This document shows positions 16,529 to 23,847 of a stretch of 43,284 nucleotides of DNA, piece by piece (position 1 is the first letter of the stretch; every line of letters starts with the position of its first letter). The DNA is taken from contig JANNDA010001144.1 of assembly GCA_031387195.1 (NCBI GenBank), forward strand, positions 1-43,284. The letters are read 5' to 3'. The stretch comes from Planctomyces sp. (lineage in GTDB: Bacteria; Planctomycetota; Planctomycetia; Planctomycetales; Planctomycetaceae). The notes under the pieces are model-generated. The model made no database searches. It worked only from the letters and a program-made list of their open reading frames with translations, and was not told the DNA's origin. A program made the translations under genes and the position numbers.

Positions 16529-16808
16529 GATTGTGTTGTCTCCATCAAACGCCCTTCGTCAACGACGACATTCTTGGTGAGCCGGGTGGCATCAAACGTG
16601 GATCGTGCGCCACCGTCAGCAAGACCGCTCCGTATTCTTGAGCGTGTTGCACCAGCAAGCGGACTACTTGTTGGCCATGTTCCCAATCCAAGGCTGCCGT
16701 CGGTTCGTCGGCGAGCAGGATCGGTGGGCGATGCAACACCGCTCGCGCGACGGCCACTCGCTGCCGTTGTCCGCCGCTGAGCTGGCCCGGTGGCTGCGAA
16801 AGGTGACG
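16525..16808 (-). pseudogene. Remnant of a LolD/MacB/DevA-type ABC ATPase: 5'-truncated (no Walker A or Q-loop) and frameshifted
   Basis: The frame open from 16808 reads [71 protein letters not shown] (signature, Walker B, H-loop). It is closed upstream by TAG (16811-16809). The expected tail [23 protein letters not shown] is in another frame (the end of ORF 16525..16956). The switch is at a T-run near 16594-16597. Confidence 0.75.
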
Positions 16809-17061
16809 CTAAACAATTCTGCGGAACTTTTTTCAATCGGCCTGACTCTATTCGCCCCTCAAGAGATCGCCGTTGCGAACAGGTGGGCTCGGCGTTTTGA
16901 TGTGTCGGGCTAACGGTCGGTTGAAAATGTGCCGCGTGCGCCACAAATGTTTTCAATGCTCAACTAAGTTTGCGGTCGCTACGCCGTCTAAGGACGTAGC
17001 GAAAGAGTGCATGCGATTCCGTCGGCACTTGGCCTCAATGAAAAACGAGAAAGAGGTTCCC

Positions 17062-20000
17062 ATGCGTCAGCAACACTGGCTTCGAGCGGTTCTGGTGGCT
17101 TTGGCGATGGGAGCGGGAATCACGGGAGTGCGACAGCCGCAACTGGCTGCCAGCGAGATCGGGTTCGTCGAAGACTTCGCTCTCGCGTTGGATCGCACGA
17201 TTGCCTTGAAGCAACTCGTGCCGGGGACCGAGGACTTCTATTACTACCATTGCCTGCACGCGCAGCAGACCGAGCAATTCGACAAGGTTGAACCGCTCGT
17301 CACGCAGTGGATGCAGCGGCTGGGGCAGACGCCGCGCGTGAATGAGATCCTCGCGCGACAGGCGTTGCTGACGTATGACAAAGACCCGCAGAAGACGTTG
17401 GAGTTCATTCGCAACAAGCTCGGCGTGCAGTTCGGGCATCAGAAGGAAGAACTCGGCGTCGAACCGAATTTGCCGACGAAGGTCGATCCGCAGTGGATTA
17501 GCCGAGCCACGCTCAAGCAGCAGGCGTTGCGACACGGGAATTTGAGCCGATTTGAGGATGCGGCGCTCGACTGGCTCGTCAACGAAAACCTCGACCCGGA
17601 TCAACGGCGGGAATTGTTGTCGCGAATGAATCGGCCGGACTATGGGCCGCTCGTCAAGTTGGTTATCGACGATATCAACCATGCGAATTCCGGCAGCTTC
17701 GGGCAGTTCAACATTCATCGGCTGCTGACGAAGCGGCAGCTCGCCGAGTGCTTGAAGCTCAAGCCCGACTTGATCAACAACCAGCATTGGGTCGTCGCGT
17801 CGCTCATCAAATTGCAGCCGGGACCGGATGAGGACTGGCAGCACGACGCGAAGATCATGGCCGGTTATCTCGACCGAGTGTGGTCATTCGCCAGCGGATT
17901 GCCGCCGGCGCAGAACTCGCTGAAGGCACAGACGCTGTATCACCGACTGTGGCTCGATCGCTCGCAAGGGCTGTTCGATAAGGAGCGGTTTCTGGCGTAT
18001 CTGAAACTCCCTCGATCCGTCGGTTACGGAGCGAAGGCGTATCTCGAATCGGAAGAGGTGAAGCACCGCGCGGCTGACTTGAACGCCGACTTGCGGCCAG
18101 CAACCCTCTTCGCGCCGGTCGGCAATGACGAACCGCTCGTGCGGAGTTATTTGCAGCACTTCCTGCTCGACGTGCCGAACACGAAAGAGTTTGACCCACT
18201 GATCAACGACACGTATTTGAAGCATCTCTTTGCCGAGACAAAGATCGTCAACGGACTCGGCGAACCGGAACAGTGGGCGGCGCAATTGCCCGCCGCCGCG
18301 TTCCAACAATTGAAGCAGCGGATCGACATTGATTTCGATTTCGCGAACAAGACGACCTACAGCGCGGACGATGCCGTCAGTCTCGATCTGCATGTGAAGA
18401 ACGTCGGCACGCTGATCGTGAAGGTGTTCGAGATCAACACGCGGAACTACTACCGCGAGCATCTCAAGGAAGTGGACACCGACGTCAATCTCGACGGCCT
18501 CGTCGCCAACAAAGAGACGACCCACACCTACAACGACTCGCCCTTCCGCCGCATGAAGCGGCGGTTCGATTTCCCCGAACTGAAGAAGCCGGGCGTGTAC
18601 GTCATCGACTTCATCGGCAACGGCCGCAGCAGCCGAGCACTCGTGCGAAAAGGGAAGCTCAAATTCCTGACTCGCACGACGACCGCCGGGCAACTCTTCA
18701 CGGTGCTCGATGAGCAGAACAAAAAGCTGGACGACGCACGCATTTTGCTGAGCGGCCACGAATACACGCCGAGCAAAGACGGCACGATTCTGGTCCCGTT
18801 CACGCATCAACCGGGCCGGCAGCCGATTGTTCTCGTCGGGCGGACGGCAAAAGCTGAAAAGGACCGAAAGGACCAACGGGATGTGAAGGAGCACGAGTAT
18901 GCGTGCCTCGATTACTTCCAACATGAGGCGGAAACGTACGCCCTCTCGGCGGGCATCTTCGTTGATCGCGAATCGTTACTGACCCGCAAGAAAACGAACG
19001 TTGTCATGCGTCCGCAACTGACGCTCAACGGTACGCCGGTGTCGCCGAGCGTTCTCGAAGAGGTCAAGCTGCGGATCGTTTCGACGGACCTCGACGGCGT
19101 TCCGTCATCCACCGAAGTTCCGAACTTCAAACTGTTCGACGACCGCGAGTCGGTGCATGAATTCCAAGTGCCGCCGAGGACTCAGTCGTTGCAGTTCGTG
19201 TTGCAGGCGAAGGTCCAGAACCTGAGCCTCAATCAAAAGATCGACCTCGCCGTCGGTGAAGCGTTCCAGTTCAACGAGATCGAGAAGACCGAACGCATTG
19301 AAGACCTGCACTTACTCCGCACGATCGACGGCTACTTCGTCGAACTGCTCGGCAAGACCGGCGAACCGAAAACGTCGCGGCCCGTGCAGGTCATCTTGAA
19401 ACACCGCGACTTCCGCGATCCGGTTCACCTCACGCTGAAGTCCGACAAGCTCGGACGCCTCTCGCTGGGACAACTCGACGGGATCGCGGCGATCACCGTC
19501 ACGGGACCGGAGGGAACTCAGCACGCTTGGCCGATCCGCCACGACGAGCATGTCTTCACGCAGTCGCTGCATGGCCGAGTCGGCGAAGTACTGACGCTGC
19601 CGTACCTCCCCGTAGGTCGGGCACTCGTGCCCGACGTTAAAGCCGCTGATGTGGATCGTGCGAACGATCCGGGCAGTCGGGCAGGAGTGCCCGACCTACA
19701 GCAAGATATTTCACTCCTCGAACTGTGCGGTGATTCGTTTCTCATCGGGCATCCCGACAAGGTCACGCTCAAGAACGGACTCCTCACAATCAGCGGTTTG
19801 CCCGCCGGCGACTTCGATCTCTGGCTGAAAGCGAGCAACAAGCACATTCGCATTCGGATCGCTCCGGGTGAAACGAAGCACGGTTATGTGCTCGGCCAAA
19901 CGCGGCAGTTGGAAACGCGCGCGTTGCCCGCGTTGCAGATTGCCTCGATCACGCAGGACGACAAAGAGCTGACGATTCAGCTCAGCAACGTCAGCAAGTT

Positions 20001-23000
20001 CGCGCGAGTGCATGTCTTCGCGACGCGGTTCGTCCCAGCGTTTGCGGCGGGGAGTCACTTGTCGAAAATCATCGTGGCCGAGCCGTATGCGATCACGAAC
20101 TCGCCCGCCGAATCGGTCTATCTCGCGGGACGGAACATCGGCGACGAATACCGTTACATCATCGACCGCAAGTACGCGAAGAAGTATCCGGGCAACATGC
20201 TCGAACGCCCGTCGCTGCTGCTCAATCCGTGGGTTGTGCGGACGACGGAAACCGGCGAGCAAGTGGCGGTTGGCGGCGATGAGTTCGGTGCGAAAGGTGT
20301 CGGACTCGGTCGCGGTGCAAATCGTGGTGAGGCAAAACAGGCCGCAGCCGCAGCGGCCGGAGACTTCGCGAACCTCGACTTCCTCGGCGAAGCGTCCGCG
20401 ATCTTCCTCAATCTCGTGCCGGACAAAGAGGGGCGAGTCACCGTCGATCGCAAAGCGCTCGGCGGTCATCAGCACATACACATCGTCGCCTGCGATCCGC
20501 TCAGCACGACGTCACGCAGCGTGGCCCTCAAGCCGGTCGAGACGCATTTCATTGATCTCCGTTTGGCGAATGGGCTCGACTCGAAGCAGCACTTCACGCA
20601 GCAGAAGCAGATCAGCATCGTCCGCGCCGGTGAGCCGTTTACGCTGGCCGATATCGCGACTTCGAAGTTCGAAGCTTACGACAGTCTGTCGCGAGTTTAT
20701 CTGCTGTTCTCGACGCTGACCCGCGACCCGAAGCTCGCCGAGTTTCAGTTCATCCTCAACTGGCCGAAGCTCAAGCCGGAAGAGCAACGGACGATGTATT
20801 CGAAATTCGCCTGCCACGAGTTGAACGTCTTCCTGGCGAAGAAAGATCCCGCGTTCTTCAAGGCGGTCGTGCTGCCGTACCTGGCCAACAAAAAGGACAA
20901 GACTTTTGTGGATCGTTGGCTGCTGAGCGAGAAGCTCGATTCGCACCTGCAACCGTGGTCGCACGGGCAACTCAATACGGTCGAGCGAATCTTGTTGGCA
21001 CAGCGCGTCGCCGGTGAAGGCCCGAAGACGGCGCGGCACATCGACGACTTACAACGCTTGCTACCTCCCGACATTGACCGCTTCTTGCACCTGTTTGATA
21101 CCGCCGCGAAGGGGAGCGCGTTGGAAACGAGCGATGCACTTGGATTGAAAGGCGCGTTGGTCGAACAACTCAAAGAGGTTGAACTCAAAGCGGCTTTCGA
21201 TGCTCCACCACAATCGGAGACCAGCGGAGCGGCGAGCGGGGCTGCTGCTCCCGCACCTGTGGCCGCGAAGAGTGGCATGCTGAGATTCGCGGCTCCGGCA
21301 GCCGGCAAACCCGCCGAGATGCAGGACGCACGTCGCAAGCTGTCTGAGCGACAAGAAGTGGCCGAGAAGGCCAAATCACAATCCATGATGAAGAAGCGAG
21401 AATCGGGCCTCGCTCGCGACGGCAAGGCGGACGAAGATCGGCTCAGTCGTTTGAGCGATGAGTCAGAGGCCAAAGACAAAGCCATTGTCTTCTTTGAAGA
21501 GAACGAACAACTCCTCCGCCAAGTCCGGCAGCTTTACCGCAAAATGGACCCGACCAAAGAATGGGCCGAGAACAACTACTACAAGCTGCTGATCGCCGAT
21601 CAGCACGCGGGGCTGGTCACGGTCAACGCTTTCTGGCGCGATTACGCTCAGCACGATCCCGCTGGCGAAAAACCGTTCCTCAGTACGAACATCGCCGAGG
21701 CGTCGCGCAACTTCACCGAGATGATGCTCGCGCTGGCGGTGCTCGATTTGCCCTTCGAGGCGGAGAAGCATGAATCCAAATTCGATGGCCCGAAGATGAC
21801 GCTCGCTCCCGGCAGCCCGATGATCGTCTTCCACGAAGAGGTCAAACCGGCCAAGAACGCGGCAGCCGCTGTGCCAATTCTCGTCAGCCAAAACTTCTTC
21901 AAGCACGGCGATCGACATCGACAAGAAAACGGCGAGCAGATCGACAAGTACGTCGCCGAAGAATTCCTGATTCACACTGTCTACGGCTGCCAAGTGGTCG
22001 TGACGAACCCCTCGTCCGCTCGGCAAAAGCTGACGCTGCTGCTGCAAGTGCCGCAAGGGGCGCTGCCGGTCATGAACGGGCAGCCGACTCGCAGCGTGCA
22101 TGTCGACTTGCAGCCGTATCACACGCAAACGCTGGATTACTACTTCTACTTCCCCGCCGCCGGGAAGTTCCCACACTTCCCGGTTCACGTCGCGAAGAAC
22201 GGCGAACTGATCGCCTTCGCCGCGCCGACCACTTTGAACGTTGTCGATAAGCCGACCAAGATCGACACCGAAAGCTGGGACTACGTTTCGCAACACGCTT
22301 CCGCCGAAGACTGCCTCGCGTTTCTGACCAAACACAACGTTCACGGCTTGAACCTCGAACGCATGGCCTGGCGGATGCACGAATCAAAATTCCTCGACGC
22401 CGCGCTGAGCCTGCTCGCCGCGCGACACGCTTATCACCCGACATTGTGGAGCTACGGCCTCAAGCACAACCACGTCGCCGCGATCCGTGAGTTCCTGCAA
22501 CACACAGACGGCTTCGTCAACGAATGCGGCGGTCGGCTCACAAGCCCGCTGCTGACGATCAACCCGGTCGTGCGTCGGACTTACGAGCACCTCGACTACA
22601 AGCCGCTGGTCAATTCTCGCGCTCACCGCCTCAGCCAGCGGCGGCACATCGTCAACGCGGTCTTCAACGACCAGTACCATCGCACGCTGCAACAGCTCGC
22701 GCACCAGCGAGCCTTATCCGACGACGACCTGATGGTCGTCACGTACTACCTGCTGTTGCAGGACCGCATCGAAGAGGCGCTCGCAACATTCGCACGCGTG
22801 AACCCCGATCGGCTCACCACACGGCTGCAACACGATTACTTCACGGCGTACCTCGACTTCTTCAACGACGACCCGAAGACCGCGCGAACCATCGCCGCGA
22901 AGTACGCCGACTACCCCGTCGATCGCTGGCGTGACGCCTTCGTGGCGATCACCGCGCAACTGGCAGAAGCGGACGGAGCCGGTGCCAAGCAGATCGACAA

Positions 23001-23670
23001 GGACGATCGCAACCAAGAACAAACGCAACTCGCGGCGACCGATCCGAACTTCGATTTCACGGTCGAAGCGAAGCAACTCACGATCAATCATCAGAACTTG
23101 GACTCCGTCCGCGTGAGCTATTACTTGATGGACGTCGAACTGCTCTTCAGCCGCAACCCATTCGTCCAACAATTCAGCGGGCAGTTCAGCCTGATTAAGC
23201 CGAACCACGTCGCCACGATCGGCCTCACACAAGCCGGAGTCGCCGGAGAGAAACCGCAACTCGACAAAGAGGGCAAACCGATTCCCCGCGCGGGGACCAC
23301 GAAGATCGACCTGCCGAAAGAACTGCACAACCAAAACGTCCTCGTCGAAATCACCGGAGCTGGCCAAACGAAAACGCAGGCGTATTACTCACACTCGCTT
23401 GCCGTGCAGGTCATCGAGAACTACGGGCACGTCAAAGTGACTCACGTGCAAACCGGCAAGCCGATTTCGAAAGCCTATGTGAAGGTCTACGCCCAACGTC
23501 CCAACGGCAGCGTGCAGTTCTACAAAGACGGCTACACCGATCTGCGCGGCCGCTTCGATTACGCCTCGCTCAACACCAACAATCTCGACGCCGTCAGCAA
23601 GTTCGCGGTACTGGTGATGAGCGAAGACCATGGTGCCTTGGTCAAGGAGGCAAACCCGCCGAAGCAGTGA
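17062..23670 (+). CDS. Very large (2,202 aa) secreted protein of unknown family, with a C-terminal carboxypeptidase-regulatory-like (prealbumin-fold) domain
   Basis: Uninterrupted ORF 16873..23670. ATG 17062 is preceded by gagaaagagg and gives a classical signal peptide MRQQHWLRAVLVALAMGAGITGVRQPQLAA|SE. There are many beta-sandwich-like segments, an Ala/charged low-complexity coiled region (~21180-21480) and a C-terminal HVKVTHVQTGKPISKAYVKVYAQRPNGSVQFYKDGYTDLRGRFDYASL. Confidence 0.85.
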   Translation: MRQQHWLRAVLVALAMGAGITGVRQPQLAASEIGFVEDFALALDRTIALKQLVPGTEDFYYYHCLHAQQTEQFDKVEPLVTQWMQRLGQTPRVNEILARQALLTYDKDPQKTLEFIRNKLGVQFGHQKEELGVEPNLPTKVDPQWISRATLKQQALRHGNLSRFEDAALDWLVNENLDPDQRRELLSRMNRPDYGPLVKLVIDDINHANSGSFGQFNIHRLLTKRQLAECLKLKPDLINNQHWVVASLIKLQPGPDEDWQHDAKIMAGYLDRVWSFASGLPPAQNSLKAQTLYHRLWLDRSQGLFDKERFLAYLKLPRSVGYGAKAYLESEEVKHRAADLNADLRPATLFAPVGNDEPLVRSYLQHFLLDVPNTKEFDPLINDTYLKHLFAETKIVNGLGEPEQWAAQLPAAAFQQLKQRIDIDFDFANKTTYSADDAVSLDLHVKNVGTLIVKVFEINTRNYYREHLKEVDTDVNLDGLVANKETTHTYNDSPFRRMKRRFDFPELKKPGVYVIDFIGNGRSSRALVRKGKLKFLTRTTTAGQLFTVLDEQNKKLDDARILLSGHEYTPSKDGTILVPFTHQPGRQPIVLVGRTAKAEKDRKDQRDVKEHEYACLDYFQHEAETYALSAGIFVDRESLLTRKKTNVVMRPQLTLNGTPVSPSVLEEVKLRIVSTDLDGVPSSTEVPNFKLFDDRESVHEFQVPPRTQSLQFVLQAKVQNLSLNQKIDLAVGEAFQFNEIEKTERIEDLHLLRTIDGYFVELLGKTGEPKTSRPVQVILKHRDFRDPVHLTLKSDKLGRLSLGQLDGIAAITVTGPEGTQHAWPIRHDEHVFTQSLHGRVGEVLTLPYLPVGRALVPDVKAADVDRANDPGSRAGVPDLQQDISLLELCGDSFLIGHPDKVTLKNGLLTISGLPAGDFDLWLKASNKHIRIRIAPGETKHGYVLGQTRQLETRALPALQIASITQDDKELTIQLSNVSKFARVHVFATRFVPAFAAGSHLSKIIVAEPYAITNSPAESVYLAGRNIGDEYRYIIDRKYAKKYPGNMLERPSLLLNPWVVRTTETGEQVAVGGDEFGAKGVGLGRGANRGEAKQAAAAAAGDFANLDFLGEASAIFLNLVPDKEGRVTVDRKALGGHQHIHIVACDPLSTTSRSVALKPVETHFIDLRLANGLDSKQHFTQQKQISIVRAGEPFTLADIATSKFEAYDSLSRVYLLFSTLTRDPKLAEFQFILNWPKLKPEEQRTMYSKFACHELNVFLAKKDPAFFKAVVLPYLANKKDKTFVDRWLLSEKLDSHLQPWSHGQLNTVERILLAQRVAGEGPKTARHIDDLQRLLPPDIDRFLHLFDTAAKGSALETSDALGLKGALVEQLKEVELKAAFDAPPQSETSGAASGAAAPAPVAAKSGMLRFAAPAAGKPAEMQDARRKLSERQEVAEKAKSQSMMKKRESGLARDGKADEDRLSRLSDESEAKDKAIVFFEENEQLLRQVRQLYRKMDPTKEWAENNYYKLLIADQHAGLVTVNAFWRDYAQHDPAGEKPFLSTNIAEASRNFTEMMLALAVLDLPFEAEKHESKFDGPKMTLAPGSPMIVFHEEVKPAKNAAAAVPILVSQNFFKHGDRHRQENGEQIDKYVAEEFLIHTVYGCQVVVTNPSSARQKLTLLLQVPQGALPVMNGQPTRSVHVDLQPYHTQTLDYYFYFPAAGKFPHFPVHVAKNGELIAFAAPTTLNVVDKPTKIDTESWDYVSQHASAEDCLAFLTKHNVHGLNLERMAWRMHESKFLDAALSLLAARHAYHPTLWSYGLKHNHVAAIREFLQHTDGFVNECGGRLTSPLLTINPVVRRTYEHLDYKPLVNSRAHRLSQRRHIVNAVFNDQYHRTLQQLAHQRALSDDDLMVVTYYLLLQDRIEEALATFARVNPDRLTTRLQHDYFTAYLDFFNDDPKTARTIAAKYADYPVDRWRDAFVAITAQLAEADGAGAKQIDKDDRNQEQTQLAATDPNFDFTVEAKQLTINHQNLDSVRVSYYLMDVELLFSRNPFVQQFSGQFSLIKPNHVATIGLTQAGVAGEKPQLDKEGKPIPRAGTTKIDLPKELHNQNVLVEITGAGQTKTQAYYSHSLAVQVIENYGHVKVTHVQTGKPISKAYVKVYAQRPNGSVQFYKDGYTDLRGRFDYASLNTNNLDAVSKFAVLVMSEDHGALVKEANPPKQ
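19612..19699. repeat. 88-bp double-hairpin element (GTAGGTC...GACCTAC type) embedded in frame in the 2,202-aa CDS
   Basis: The left arm is gtaggtcgggcactcgtgcccgac (19612-19635) and the right arm is gtcgggcaggagtgcccgacctac (19676-19699). The reverse complement of the right arm equals the left arm at 23/24. Each arm is itself an 8-9-bp palindrome. It is translated as VGRALVPDVKAADVDRANDPGSRAGVPDLQ. Confidence 0.85.
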
Positions 23671-23673
23671 GGA

Positions 23674-23796
23674 CGGGAGCGCAATAACTTCCCGATGTCA
23701 CGTTAGCACGACGCGCAAGCGAGTGGTTCCTGCAATGACCACTCGCTTGCGCGTCGTGCTAGTTTCCCCATGCACCGAGAAGTTATTGCGATCCCG
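23674..23796. terminator. 123-bp composite palindrome between the two convergent giant genes (candidate bidirectional terminator or repeat element)
   Basis: The inner perfect 24-bp stem is tagcacgacgcgcaagcgagtggt (23704-23727) / accactcgcttgcgcgtcgtgcta (23738-23761) with a 10-nt loop. The outer imperfect arms are cgggagcgcaataacttcccgatg (from 23674) and catgcaccgagaagttattgcgatcccg (to 23796), about 21/24 complementary. There is no clear U-tract. Confidence 0.6.
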
Positions 23797-23847
23797 TTCC
23801 TAAGGTTTGGATATCTGGCTCAAGGGCTACCCGCGTCGAAGAATTTC

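Noticed and set aside
15641-16808. The idea that the HlyD adaptor + ABC genes are the dedicated type-1 secretion system for the neighbouring RTX giant
   Set aside because: The ATPase remnant is a stand-alone LolD/MacB/DevA-type NBD, not a HlyB-type TMD-NBD fusion. It is truncated and frameshifted, and no permease or TolC-like gene is present. The linkage is better explained as a rearrangement junction.
16525-16956. 143-aa minus-strand ORF spanning the adaptor/ABC junction
   Set aside because: Only its last ~28 aa ([23 protein letters not shown]) look like real protein, namely the displaced tail of the ABC ATPase. The rest is an out-of-frame read of the remnant and of non-coding DNA.
16873-17061. 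The 63-codon N-terminal extension of the 2,265-aa track ORF (GTG start at 16873)
   Set aside because: The extension is Cys/Arg-rich (MCRANGRLKMCRVRHKCFQCS) and would bury the excellent signal peptide that begins at ATG 17062. That ATG is preceded by a purine-rich gagaaagagg. I therefore call 17062 as the start.
17035-22704. Minus-strand ORFs of 250-350 aa (17035..17844, 17884..18924, 19711..20481, 20745..21485, 21463..22380) inside the 2,202-aa gene
   Set aside because: They are mutually overlapping antisense shadow ORFs with Arg/Leu/Glu-rich low-information sequence. The plus-strand frame is unbroken and starts with a good signal peptide.
17062-23670. Calling the 2,202-aa protein an alpha-2-macroglobulin-like protein because of its many beta-sandwich-like segments
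   Set aside because: I could find no CxEQ thioester motif or other diagnostic A2M signature by eye, so I leave the family unassigned.
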